Source: Cellvibrionales bacterium (GTDB lineage Bacteria; Pseudomonadota; Gammaproteobacteria; Pseudomonadales; UBA7434). Taken from it: a stretch of DNA of 64,000 nucleotides. Position 1 is the stretch's first letter, and the number at the start of each line of letters is the position of its first letter. Of the stretch, positions 18,746-28,451 are shown in pieces. The DNA lies in the NCBI GenBank assembly GCA_041941365.1, contig JBGTQK010000001.1, forward strand, positions 54,092 to 118,091, in the 5' to 3' direction. The translations under genes and the position numbers were made by a program. The notes beneath the pieces are model-generated. The model was not told where the DNA came from and ran no database searches. It saw nothing but the letters and a program-made list of their open reading frames with translations.

Positions 18746-19210
18746 ATGGCGCTGGGTATATTTCCTGAACTCGATGAAGATGCAATCTATCTTTCACGTA
18801 CAAATCCTGATGAAATCCTTGGAACATATTCTTCCTATAATTTTATTCTGGAAGACAAAGAATGGCCGACAGTAGAGCATTACTATCAGGCTATGAAATT
18901 TCTCGATGAAAATTATCAGGAAAAAATACGGAATGCAAAAGACGCAAAAAAAGCCAGAAGTTTAGGTCGTACACGAATGAAAAAAATACGCAAGGATTGG
19001 TCAAAAATAAAAGATATCATTATGACCCGAGGTGTATACATAAAATGTCGATCACATGAACCTGTTGCTAAAGCATTATTGGATACAGAAGAAAAAAAGC
19101 TGGTTGATAGTACACAATACGATTATTACTGGGGTGTTGGAAGAGATCGGCGAGGGAAAAACGCTTATGGTAAAGTATTAATGAATGTGAGAAGGAAATT
19201 AAGAGAATAA
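18746..19210 (+). CDS. NADAR (YbiA/DUF1768) family protein
   Basis: The track ORF starts at 18557, but the conserved domain begins at MALGIFPEL (ATG 18746). WPTVEHYYQAMKF and YYWGVGRDRRGKNAYGKVLM match NADAR. Confidence 0.75.
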   Translation: MALGIFPELDEDAIYLSRTNPDEILGTYSSYNFILEDKEWPTVEHYYQAMKFLDENYQEKIRNAKDAKKARSLGRTRMKKIRKDWSKIKDIIMTRGVYIKCRSHEPVAKALLDTEEKKLVDSTQYDYYWGVGRDRRGKNAYGKVLMNVRRKLRE

Positions 19211-19655
19211 ATCGTTCACTCATTATTCATAACAGAAAAACTAAGTGGGTTTTGCTTAAAAAGCATTCTTTCTTTTATTAAAGAGCATTTTTATTTCTGT
19301 TATATAAGTATTCATTTAATGTAACAAAATATTATATAAACCGTCTAATTATCTTCATATTTCGTAATTATACTAGCGGGCGCTGGCAAGATATTAGCAG
19401 CCAGTTATTGTTTTAAATACAGCCATAAAAGGTCTATTAAACGTCTACTGGTATCATAGCTATAACTATCCGGTTACGTTTATAGATGAATGATTATTTT
19501 AACTACATTATTTTTCATGAGACGACAATTGAAGTCGTTATTTGCTAATGAATCATTAAAAAACCTGGAAGCAAGTTGAACTTATTTATTCTGTAAAGTA
19601 ATCAATAGTAGTTAGTAGTAAGGCGCGTAAATTTTATTTAGCAAAATAATTGTCG

Positions 19656-19674
19656 TCTGCATGATACATGCAGA
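19656..19674 (+). promoter_or_regulatory. perfect 8-bp hairpin abutting the Shine-Dalgarno of the CTERM-protein gene
   Basis: TCTGCATG-ATA-CATGCAGA. The 3' arm ends at the A of AGGAGG (19674-19679). ATG is at 19688. Confidence 0.45.
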
Positions 19675-19687
19675 GGAGGTCATACTA

Positions 19688-21448
19688 ATGACTCTGAATT
19701 TACCATTTCGTTTTATATTTATTAAATCTTTATTGTTCTGTTTTTTATCTTTTCTAATCGTTTCTCAAGCAATGGCCTGTGTTGGGCCACCGAAACCACG
19801 TTGTGCCAAAGGTCTGCAAATGCAGAAGTTTTTGCCTTTCGCTTTTTTACCAGCAGGTACGGCGAACATTCCAATTAATGTCAGTAATTTATTTACCTTA
19901 CAAAATATCGTACCTCCAGGTACGCCACCAATTTGTCCAGCTGCTGCAACCAGTTCAACGGTTACACTAACAGCAACATGCTTTCCTGGCGGTGCAGTAT
20001 CGACGATTGGTCCGGTACCGCATCCAGGTGGCGTGTTACCTGTTAATGTGCGTGTGCTAAACGGTTTTAATATTCCAATAGTACCTTCGCCGATTCCGAG
20101 ATTTTGTCTTATCACTGGGCAAACCGATGTTACCTTACCCGACGGCATGGCACTAACAGCAGTGGGTGATGCTCAGGTGTGTCTGGTAGAAGAGGTATCA
20201 CCGGGTGTACCAAGACTTTCACTTGAACTTTTAACACCATCTGAAATTGCTGTGCATCCTGGTGATCAGTCCGAGCATATTATTAGACTGACCAACAATG
20301 ATCCTAACGATACATTTGTGGGTTCAGTAGATTTGAGTATGTTACAAACAGATCGGCTTCCCGGGATGACAGCTGGTATTAGTACGCCAGAAAGTGGTGT
20401 TTTTTCTTTTGCAGAACCTGTGGCAGGTGATAACTTCCCGGTAGGTTTTGAAAAAGAACTGGATCCGGATTTAATGTGCTTGCCTTTACCAGCAAACCCT
20501 GGAGATGTAGCACCTAAAACCGCATCAGAGCCGATTGTACTTTTACCTGGTGAAGTTAAAGAGCTGAGTATATATACTCGTCCTTGGGGATTATGCCCGC
20601 AATGTGGTGGCGAAAATAATATTACGATCAACGGAAGCTTTGGTGGAGCACCAACTGGAGTAGCAGCTTGCGGAACAGTAGCAACAATATCAGATCCTGA
20701 AGTAGCGCCAACCTATCAGTGTAAGGATGCAGGAGCAAAAGGGCAGTTATTCCCGGTTGCAGCAAACGTGACACAGATTCTGGCACAACCAACACTGTTA
20801 GACAGTGTAGAGATAACACTTAATGATTTGGGTGGAGAATTATTGATTGATGGTATCCCTTCAGGTAGTGCGTTAGGATCAGACTCGTACAATCATGAGT
20901 TTCAGGGTTTAACAGGTTCGCATGATGATTTGCGTCGTAATCTTCAGATTCAGGCATTTGTAGAGCCTGAAGTTCAGCTACAATTTATCGCAACTGTTCA
21001 ATTGACTTCACCAAATGGTCAGGTAGTTATTGATAATCTGGATCCAGCCGTACCCAATAACACTGATACCATAGCGGGTACGAAAATTAAGGGTCATATT
21101 GAAGGGACTGATTCTGTGTTTGAAATAATGGATTTATTGAGTATTAATGTAATGGATACCTCACAGCCTACAGTTGTTCCGATAGAGCTTGTTGCATTGA
21201 GTTTGCAATCAATACAGCCCATTACTATAAATACCCAGAATGATGCGTATGAAATTATAGTTAATATTGATCCTAACCCAATAGCGAGCCAACCGCAACC
21301 AGCTCAAATCGAGCTTAATGGCGATGTTAGAGCATATGTTGGTAATCTGGCACCTTCGTCAACTTTTGTTCCAGCGCTACCACTATTTGGCTTTTTGGCA
21401 TTAGCCGTAGGTTTATTTGGTATAGCTGTTATTCGAAATAGAAAGTAA
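19688..21448 (+). CDS. secreted Pro/Cys-containing protein with PEP-CTERM/IPTL-CTERM-like C-terminal sorting signal
   Basis: ATG 19688 lies 8 nt after a perfect AGGAGG (19674-19679), whereas the track start 19661 lies inside a hairpin. N-terminal signal peptide ...IVSQAMA|C. C-terminus VPALPLFGFLALAVGLFGIAVIRNRK has the three parts: short motif, TM helix and basic cluster. No catalytic motif recognised. Confidence 0.7.
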   Translation: MTLNLPFRFIFIKSLLFCFLSFLIVSQAMACVGPPKPRCAKGLQMQKFLPFAFLPAGTANIPINVSNLFTLQNIVPPGTPPICPAAATSSTVTLTATCFPGGAVSTIGPVPHPGGVLPVNVRVLNGFNIPIVPSPIPRFCLITGQTDVTLPDGMALTAVGDAQVCLVEEVSPGVPRLSLELLTPSEIAVHPGDQSEHIIRLTNNDPNDTFVGSVDLSMLQTDRLPGMTAGISTPESGVFSFAEPVAGDNFPVGFEKELDPDLMCLPLPANPGDVAPKTASEPIVLLPGEVKELSIYTRPWGLCPQCGGENNITINGSFGGAPTGVAACGTVATISDPEVAPTYQCKDAGAKGQLFPVAANVTQILAQPTLLDSVEITLNDLGGELLIDGIPSGSALGSDSYNHEFQGLTGSHDDLRRNLQIQAFVEPEVQLQFIATVQLTSPNGQVVIDNLDPAVPNNTDTIAGTKIKGHIEGTDSVFEIMDLLSINVMDTSQPTVVPIELVALSLQSIQPITINTQNDAYEIIVNIDPNPIASQPQPAQIELNGDVRAYVGNLAPSSTFVPALPLFGFLALAVGLFGIAVIRNRK

Positions 21449-21467
21449 ACATTTAGCATTAACAATG

Positions 21468-21505
21468 AGAGGGGCTGCTCTTTTAGAGAGCAGCCTCTTT
21501 TTTTC
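21468..21505 (+). terminator. rho-independent terminator after the CTERM-protein gene
   Basis: AGAGGGGCTGCTCT / AGAGCAGCCTCT stem (9 perfect bp GGCTGCTCT/AGAGCAGCC plus extension) followed by a T8 run. Confidence 0.75.
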
Positions 21506-21506
21506 A

Positions 21507-22205
21507 CTAGACTTTTTTGCTCATTTCAATGTTCTTTTTTTTCATGAATGCTTTGAGGTTTTTGTCGGCTTCATTTTCAAACTTTTCATCACAGTAATCG
21601 ATAGCACTAATTCGATCGAGTCGAAAATTACGAAAGTCTTTGCGTTTTTCACACCAGCTTGTGAGTAACCATACAGGACTAAAAAAAATTAATGCTAACG
21701 GTCTGAGTGTGCGTGCAGTATTTTGTCTGGCTTCGTCCGTGTAGGTGATTTTTATTTTTCGCCTTGAGCGAATGCATTCACGTAAATCCGAAAAACTGAC
21801 AGTCCAGGGCACAGCCGTACTGGTTGGCATGGAGTAAGTTGTAATTTGTTGAAGTTCGCCTTGCAGGTTTGAGGGCAATACTGCCTGAATTTTTTCGAAT
21901 GCGCTGTTGGCTTTGGCAGCAAATTTATCGTCGGTCCATTGGCGAACCATGCTGATACCCAAGCCAATCGCTTCAAGTTCATCGGGGTCAAATGTAACCG
22001 GTGGCAAGTAGTATTGCTTATCGATTATATAACCGACGCCTGCTTCACCCGTAATGGGTGTGCCGGAATCTACTAGATCCTGTATGTCTCTGTACACTGT
22101 ACGGGTACAAATATCGAACTCTTCAGCAATACGTTTGGCCGTTACCGCACGGCGTCTACGTCGTAGAAAGTGAACAATCTTAATCAGTCTGTCTGCTCGT
22201 CGCAT
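21507..22205 (-). CDS. YafY-family transcriptional regulator (wHTH + WYL domain)
   Basis: 232 aa. N-terminal MRRADRLIKIVHFLRRRRRAVTAKRIAEEFDICTRTVYRDIQDL is the YafY/DeoR-type HTH. The C-terminal half has the length and pattern of a WYL domain. Divergent from a VOC gene. Confidence 0.85.
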   Translation of the reverse strand: MRRADRLIKIVHFLRRRRRAVTAKRIAEEFDICTRTVYRDIQDLVDSGTPITGEAGVGYIIDKQYYLPPVTFDPDELEAIGLGISMVRQWTDDKFAAKANSAFEKIQAVLPSNLQGELQQITTYSMPTSTAVPWTVSFSDLRECIRSRRKIKITYTDEARQNTARTLRPLALIFFSPVWLLTSWCEKRKDFRNFRLDRISAIDYCDEKFENEADKNLKAFMKKKNIEMSKKV

Positions 22206-22321
22206 AGTAATATTCCTGTAAGAGGTGGTAATGATAATCTAATGCAAGTCTACTGACACCATGCTGTCAGTAGGGCACTGTTAAGCTAGACACTTAATTC
22301 ATTCACCGAAGGAGAACTTAA

Positions 22322-22708
22322 ATGATTGGCTATGTAACTCTTGGAACCAATGACCTGCCACGAGCGGTTGCTTTTTATGATGCGTTATTTGGATCAGTTG
22401 GTATAGGACGTTTTATGGAAGAAGAAAACTATTTTGTCGCATGGGCACCAACACCGGATTCGCCGTCGGTAGCGGTGTCAGTACCTTTTAACAAGGAACC
22501 TGCAACAGTGGGTAATGGTGTCATGGTTGCTTTGTTTAGGGAGTCACCTGAAGAGGTAGATGCAATTTACAGTAAGGCACTGGAATTAGGTGCAACCGAT
22601 GAAGGTAAACCAGGTTTTCGCCCGGAAGGTAATACCAGTGGTTTTTATGCCGGCTATTTTCGCGATCTGGATGGCAACAAACTGAATGCCTTTTGTATGG
22701 TGCAATAA
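22322..22708 (+). CDS. VOC (glyoxalase/bleomycin-resistance fold) family protein
   Basis: 128 aa. MIGYVTLGTNDLPRAVAFYD start and GYFRDLDGNKL end are typical of the VOC superfamily. Good SD (GAAGGAG) upstream. Confidence 0.8.
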   Translation: MIGYVTLGTNDLPRAVAFYDALFGSVGIGRFMEEENYFVAWAPTPDSPSVAVSVPFNKEPATVGNGVMVALFRESPEEVDAIYSKALELGATDEGKPGFRPEGNTSGFYAGYFRDLDGNKLNAFCMVQ

Positions 22709-22726
22709 AATAATATATCAGTAAAA

Positions 22727-22767
22727 ATGCTTTGGGCTTGTAATTGGGGCCCAGGGCATTTTTGTTT
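22727..22767. terminator. bidirectional rho-independent terminator between convergent VOC and GMC genes
   Basis: ATGCTTTGGGC (22727-22737) pairs with GCCCAGGGCAT (22749-22759) using G-U wobbles. Flanked by an A-run upstream and TTTTGTTT downstream. Confidence 0.65.
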
Positions 22768-22792
22768 GCGTCTTCCTGAGTGAATGCCTTAA

Positions 22793-24406
22793 TTAATGAG
22801 ATTCAGCAAGAATCATATCTGCTGCTTTTTCAGCGATCATAATGGCAGGTGCATTAGTATTGCCACTGATTATGGTTGGCATTATTGATGCGTCGACAAC
22901 GCGTAAGCATTCTACTCCGCGAACTTTCAGGTTAATATCAACCACACTTTTACTATCCGATCCCATTCGGCAGGTTCCTACAGGGTGATAAATAGTATCG
23001 GATTCATTTCTTATTAATTGCTCTAATTGTTGATCGGAACTATTGGTACTGATTGAATGATCACTAACGATATTTTTTAGCATAGGCTCTGAAGCCATTA
23101 TTTTTTTAGCTACTTTAACACCAGACATCAAAGTCATTAGATCCATTTTATGATTGAATTGATTTAAATCAATAAGTGGATTATCAGCCGGATTATTAGA
23201 TGCCAATGTCACAGATCCACGACTTTTTGGGCGAAGAACGCAAACATGTACTGATACACCAAACCCATGCATAAGCTGGCGGCCATGATCCTTGATGAGG
23301 CCTACACAAAAATGTAGTTGTACATCTGGCCAATCGGTTTCACTGTTTACAGAGAAAAATGCGCCGGACTCTGCAACATTTGAAGACCAGAATCCTTCGC
23401 CATTTTTCTTATAGCCGGGAATATCACCGATTGCCCGCAGGGCTGTTCTCAGAGTGATACCAAATACATCATGGCGATTGATCATGTACCGTAAACACAT
23501 ATCAGGATGGTCCTGTAGGTTTTGCCCGACCTCAGGAGAATCAACATTGACATCAATACCATGACGTTGTAATTCGGAGGCAGGACCAATACCTGAAAGC
23601 ATTAATAATTGCGGAGATTGGAAAACCCCCGCAGAAAGAATCACTTCTTTCCTGGCTTTAATGGTTTTAACAGTATTTCCTTGTTTAAATAAAACACCTG
23701 ATGCTTTACTTGATTCAATCAATATTTTTAGCGCATAGGCACTTGTAAGAATGGTTAGATTATTACGCTTCAAATTGGGGTGCAAAAATGCAGCGGCTGT
23801 TGAACAACGTCGACCACGGCGGTGGTCATGAAAATGAGTAAGTTGATAATAGCCAGCTCCTTTTTGATTAACACCATTAAAATCGTTATTACGTTCAAAC
23901 TGGCAAGTCTGACAAGCCTTAATAAAATCTTCATTGATTGAATAAGGTGAAACATGGTCAGATACGTGCAAAGGACCAGTGCCCCCATGCAGTTCATCAG
24001 CACCACGCACATTGCATTCGGATTTCTTGAAGTAGGGCAGTACGTCTTCCCATCCCCAACCAGCACAACCTTCATCGTTTCGCCATGAGTCATAGTCACG
24101 AGAATTACCTCGAATATAGACCATGCCATTAATAGCAGACGAACCGCCTAAACCTTTTCCTCTTGGTTGATAGCCTTTGCGCCCATTGAGTCCTGCTTGT
24201 GGTTCAGTTTCAAAACCCCAATTCAGATTGGCAAGTACTCCACCATGCAATGCCCCATACATCAGGGCGGGTACGTTGGAAAATATAGATGTTCCTTTAC
24301 CGCCCGCTTCGAGTAAGCATACTGATTTGGTAACATCTTCAGAAAGCCGTGCTGCCAGAGTGGCTCCCGCAGAACCACCACCAATAACAATGTAATCAAA
24401 TTCCAT
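22793..24406 (-). CDS. GMC-family FAD oxidoreductase (AlkJ/choline-dehydrogenase-like alcohol dehydrogenase)
   Basis: 537 aa. FDYIVIGGGSAGATLAARLSED ADP-binding fold and the GMC signature GGSSAINGMVYIRG. C-terminal HPVGTCRMG and the active-site region are present. Confidence 0.88.
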   Translation of the reverse strand: MEFDYIVIGGGSAGATLAARLSEDVTKSVCLLEAGGKGTSIFSNVPALMYGALHGGVLANLNWGFETEPQAGLNGRKGYQPRGKGLGGSSAINGMVYIRGNSRDYDSWRNDEGCAGWGWEDVLPYFKKSECNVRGADELHGGTGPLHVSDHVSPYSINEDFIKACQTCQFERNNDFNGVNQKGAGYYQLTHFHDHRRGRRCSTAAAFLHPNLKRNNLTILTSAYALKILIESSKASGVLFKQGNTVKTIKARKEVILSAGVFQSPQLLMLSGIGPASELQRHGIDVNVDSPEVGQNLQDHPDMCLRYMINRHDVFGITLRTALRAIGDIPGYKKNGEGFWSSNVAESGAFFSVNSETDWPDVQLHFCVGLIKDHGRQLMHGFGVSVHVCVLRPKSRGSVTLASNNPADNPLIDLNQFNHKMDLMTLMSGVKVAKKIMASEPMLKNIVSDHSISTNSSDQQLEQLIRNESDTIYHPVGTCRMGSDSKSVVDINLKVRGVECLRVVDASIMPTIISGNTNAPAIMIAEKAADMILAESH

Positions 24407-24447
24407 AGAATCGTCTATTCATCTTGTGAATGCCTTTTTTATTATTT

Positions 24448-25908
24448 TTAAGCAGAGCCTTCTATAGCTAATTCTGACATATCCGGTTTTTCGGTTATCT
24501 GTAAGAATTCCTGCCACCCATAGGGAAAAAGGTTAGGATTTCCTTGAGCATCAAGATACCAGCTATTACATCCTCCTTTCCATACGGTGCCAGTGAGTCC
24601 TTCTTTAATATAGTCATTAAAAGCTTCAACAGCTTCATGCGTAGGTTCAATGACATCAACTTTACCCTGACGCCATAATTCAATGAGCTGTAAAACGTAT
24701 TGCATTTGACGCTCGGCAATGCCGATAATTGTATTGTTACCAACAGGTGTTCCAGGGCCGAGCATAAGCACAAAGTTAGGGAAATGCTCTAACAATAAAC
24801 CTTTGTTGGTTTTGTAAATACCTTCTCCCCAGCTATCTTCGATGGTGTGCCCATTGCTGCCAACAAGATCCATGGGTCTCATGTAATTAAAACTATGAAA
24901 ACCGGTTGAATAAACGAGAATATCAAGCTCATGTAATTTGCCGTCGCTAGTGCGAATGCCTTTGGGTTCTATACGGTCGATTTTTTCTGTAATCAATGAA
25001 GCATTAGGTTTTTGAATAGCACTAAAGAAAGTTGTATTCACTACTAATCGTTTACAACCTACGGCATAATCGGGTGTCATTTTTTTGCGTAACTCAGGGT
25101 CACGGATTCGATAGAGATGAGCTTTACACAGAAAGTTCATAATTGCGTTAGGAACAGGTTTTCCAAGCGTTGCATTCAGAAAAACAGTTTGCACTAACCA
25201 TCGATAAAAGGCTTTCCATTTTTCAAGGCGTTTAGGGTTTTGCTGCCATCTTTTTCTCATCCACTCAGGAAAGCGTATATTGGGAATAGGTGCGCACCAT
25301 TGTGCTGTGCGTTGAAAAACACTGACATGCTTACCCACATCTATCAGCTCGGGAATGACCTGATGAGCCGTCGAGCCGGTACCAATGATTCCAATTTTTT
25401 TACCAGCCAGATCGACATCATGTCGCCATTGTGCTGTGTGCCAGGTTTCACCTTCAAAGCTATCCTGTCCCTCAATATCTGGCCATCGAGGATGGTGTAA
25501 AATACCGGTAGCCGAAATAACAAAGTCAACGGTTAGCTTTTCACCTTTATTTGTTTCTACATGCCACTTTCCATCATCACCATACTTACATGAAGTAACC
25601 GTCTCATTGAATCGGGCATTTTCAGTGACTTTATATTTGCTTGCGACATGTTCCATATATTGTTGCACTTCACCACCATGAGCCAACTGGTGAGACCATG
25701 CATAAGGTTCGAACGAATAACAGTAATAAGGGGAAGGAATATCACAAGCAATACCCGGGTAAGTGTTTTCTCGCCATGTGCCTCCAACTCGATCTGCTTT
25801 TTCTATAATGGTGATATCAGTAATACCTGCTTCCCTTAATTTTATATAGGACATAATTCCTGTTGAACCTGCACCAATAACCAGTACAGACGGATTTCTT
25901 TTATTCAT
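24448..25908 (-). CDS. Baeyer-Villiger-type flavin monooxygenase (AlmA-like class B flavoprotein)
   Basis: 486 aa. Two Rossmann motifs (VLVIGAGSTGI, IGIIGTGSTAHQ). BVMO fingerprint FxGxxxHxxxW present as FEGETWHTAQW. Confidence 0.8.
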   Translation of the reverse strand: MNKRNPSVLVIGAGSTGIMSYIKLREAGITDITIIEKADRVGGTWRENTYPGIACDIPSPYYCYSFEPYAWSHQLAHGGEVQQYMEHVASKYKVTENARFNETVTSCKYGDDGKWHVETNKGEKLTVDFVISATGILHHPRWPDIEGQDSFEGETWHTAQWRHDVDLAGKKIGIIGTGSTAHQVIPELIDVGKHVSVFQRTAQWCAPIPNIRFPEWMRKRWQQNPKRLEKWKAFYRWLVQTVFLNATLGKPVPNAIMNFLCKAHLYRIRDPELRKKMTPDYAVGCKRLVVNTTFFSAIQKPNASLITEKIDRIEPKGIRTSDGKLHELDILVYSTGFHSFNYMRPMDLVGSNGHTIEDSWGEGIYKTNKGLLLEHFPNFVLMLGPGTPVGNNTIIGIAERQMQYVLQLIELWRQGKVDVIEPTHEAVEAFNDYIKEGLTGTVWKGGCNSWYLDAQGNPNLFPYGWQEFLQITEKPDMSELAIEGSA

Positions 25909-25944
25909 ATTGCCTCCGGGTGTATATGTATGCCTATTAGGGAT

Positions 25945-27153
25945 TTAAGCTGTTGCGTATTTGGCTAACAATTTATCTTTGTTTTTAGGATCAACATTAA
26001 CTTTATTTAAATCACCATCAATATGCGGCATATCCAGTAAGCGTTTGTCCATCATGTTGTACCAAAGCCACGGAACGTAAGCAACCATATACATTCCAAA
26101 GTAACCGGTGGGTAATTCGGGTACATTCTCAAAGTTTCTAAGTATCTGGTAAGGGCGATTCGGATTGGCATGATGGTCAGAGTGACGCTCTAATTGATAC
26201 AATGCCAGATTACTTAAGGTTGAAGTCGCATTCCAGGAATGGTGTGGCTTGCAGCTTTCATAACGCTCAACGCCATTTTTACCAACGACTTTTTCACGCA
26301 GTAAACCATAATGCTCAATATAGTTTGCACTGGTTAATTGAAACCAGCCAAACGGGATTGCGACCAATAAAAATGGCAACATCATCCAGCCAAAGAAGTA
26401 GAATAAAGCTATATAAAAAACCAGACTAATGGCATAAGACTGCAAAATACGATTATCGAGAGACCAATATGATTCTCCTTTTCTGTTTAATCGTGCTGAT
26501 TCACACTGGTGACCGCGTTTAAACGCACCATACATCTCGCGCATCGCAAAACGATAAATCGATTCACCCATTCGAGCGCTTGTAACATCTTCAGGTGTGG
26601 CTACATCACGATGGTGGCCAATATTATGTTCGATAGCAAAGTGACCTAAAAAAGGTACGGCTAATGCCACTTGAGAAAGAAAACGATCGAAACGCGATTG
26701 TTTATGCCCTAACTCATGCCCTGTGTTAGTTGCTGCACCCGAATATAAACCGGCAACAAGCCCACAAATAATGACACCTGTTAACGTTTGAACTTCTTGT
26801 GAACCAAACCAGGCTAAAGCGCCAAAAATGAAAAAGTGGATAGGTACAATAATATAGAGCAGGTAGCTGTAGTAACGGTCTTTTTCCATGATGGCCATAC
26901 TGGCTTCGTCATGGTTGCTGGTATGTTTCCCTAATAACAGATCAAGTATGGGAAGAATAAAATGAGAAAAGGCAATAGGTGAGAGCAACCAGAGTTCGTT
27001 GCCTGTTTCAAGATAAAACGGCACACCTAAAAACGCAAAGAACGGAAGTATCGGGCTTACAAACCAAAGCAGGCGTTGTCGCCAGTTTTCAGTTCGGTTA
27101 ACGATTTCTATTCCGCTTGTACTTGCAGTAGTATCTAATTCTGACTGAGACAT
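25945..27153 (-). CDS. alkB: alkane 1-monooxygenase (integral-membrane di-iron hydroxylase)
   Basis: His boxes HELGHK, EHNIGHH, NYIEHYGL and LERHSDHHA. Multi-TM N-terminal half. The track start is GTG 27165. I prefer ATG 27153 (MSQSELD), which has GAGGA 7 nt upstream. Confidence 0.88.
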   Translation of the reverse strand: MSQSELDTTASTSGIEIVNRTENWRQRLLWFVSPILPFFAFLGVPFYLETGNELWLLSPIAFSHFILPILDLLLGKHTSNHDEASMAIMEKDRYYSYLLYIIVPIHFFIFGALAWFGSQEVQTLTGVIICGLVAGLYSGAATNTGHELGHKQSRFDRFLSQVALAVPFLGHFAIEHNIGHHRDVATPEDVTSARMGESIYRFAMREMYGAFKRGHQCESARLNRKGESYWSLDNRILQSYAISLVFYIALFYFFGWMMLPFLLVAIPFGWFQLTSANYIEHYGLLREKVVGKNGVERYESCKPHHSWNATSTLSNLALYQLERHSDHHANPNRPYQILRNFENVPELPTGYFGMYMVAYVPWLWYNMMDKRLLDMPHIDGDLNKVNVDPKNKDKLLAKYATA

Positions 27154-27290
27154 ATATATCCTCACAGGACTAACTTATAAATATGGTTTGTTCGATAAGT
27201 AATAGTCTAGGAGACGTGATGCTGTAATGGTACGGCTTTTACTGACATTGTGATTGTCATTTTCTGCCAAATAGGATAAAACTAGCAGCT

Positions 27291-28343
27291 ATGAAAAATA
27301 GCAATGCATCCATTCATCATCACTATTGGCAGCAGCTCATGAGAAATCGTGAGCTTTATAAGCAACTTGCCAGTTTTGATGTGGTGCCTGACCTGCAATT
27401 TGACCAAAATCATATAAGTTGGGACAGTTTTAATCAGCTGATACTGGCAATACTTGAAACCAGCATAAAAAAGACGCAGCTGTTAGAAATAGCAGCTTCG
27501 TTAAGCCAGGCTACTCATGGCCCATTAGGCCTGGCGATATTAAGCGCGGCTACAGTTGGTGAAGCATTGGAAATCCTGGCATCGCACATGGCGAGCAGAC
27601 AAACTGTTTTTTCTCTTAATCTGATAAAAACCAATCGAGGTGCAAGGTTGTTGTTTGAAGCTAACGTTGAAAGAGATGAGTTATACGAAATGTTTGAGCA
27701 TGGCAGTATGTTGACCATCAGTAGTTTTATACAAAATATCGCCTCACCGTTACCGGAGCAAAGTATGAAAGTTTGCTCTTGTGCTACAACGTTAGAATTT
27801 ATCGATGTTTTAACATCATTATATTCAGATATAGGGGTTGATTGCCTTTCATTTCATCAAAAACAACCTGAGTTGATATTTACAAACCAATGCCTGGCAA
27901 TCCCCTCTGCCTTCGCAGATAGAACGACATGTCAGACAAATCTGATTAAATGTTATAAGGATAAATTGGAAGAAGCAAAAGACAATCGTGATATTCAACA
28001 AAAGATCAATAATGTGCTGGATGATTTTTTTGCAATAAGAGAGTTGGAGCATAGCAATGATTTAGCATCAAGTGCTGCACCAACAACAGAGAGTGTTGCC
28101 AGACAACTAAATGTTTCAACGCGAACGCTACATCGGCAACTTGGCGAAAAAAATACCACATTTAAAAATCTGTGGGTGAATAAAAGAAAAATGCGTGCAG
28201 AAAAACTATTGCTAGAAAGTGATTTTTCAATCGCGAGTATAGCAGCATTGGTAGGGTATACGGATACGGCTAATTTCGTTAGAGCATTTAAACAGTGGCA
28301 TAACAAGACACCAACTCAATGGCAGCAAGACCAGAAAGCATAA
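27291..28343 (+). CDS. AraC/XylS-family transcriptional regulator, divergent from alkB
   Basis: 350 aa. C-terminal double HTH (VARQLNVSTRTLHRQL ... IAALVGYTDTANFVRAFKQWHNKTP). N-terminal ligand-binding-type domain. Confidence 0.85.
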   Translation: MKNSNASIHHHYWQQLMRNRELYKQLASFDVVPDLQFDQNHISWDSFNQLILAILETSIKKTQLLEIAASLSQATHGPLGLAILSAATVGEALEILASHMASRQTVFSLNLIKTNRGARLLFEANVERDELYEMFEHGSMLTISSFIQNIASPLPEQSMKVCSCATTLEFIDVLTSLYSDIGVDCLSFHQKQPELIFTNQCLAIPSAFADRTTCQTNLIKCYKDKLEEAKDNRDIQQKINNVLDDFFAIRELEHSNDLASSAAPTTESVARQLNVSTRTLHRQLGEKNTTFKNLWVNKRKMRAEKLLLESDFSIASIAALVGYTDTANFVRAFKQWHNKTPTQWQQDQKA

Positions 28344-28451
28344 AGAGCTTAATGTGATGTAACTGTATTAAAGTAGCTATTGGGTTGTTTAATTAAATAT
28401 ACATTAGGTATACTGCTTATTATTCTCTTCGAATGATTAACAGGATTTAAG

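Noticed and set aside
19517-19579. 20-codon upstream ORF (MRRQLKSLFANESLKNLEAS) in the leader of the CTERM-protein gene
   Set aside because: It has no Shine-Dalgarno and no recognisable leader-peptide logic. It overlaps the long-range helix, which I consider the more likely functional feature.
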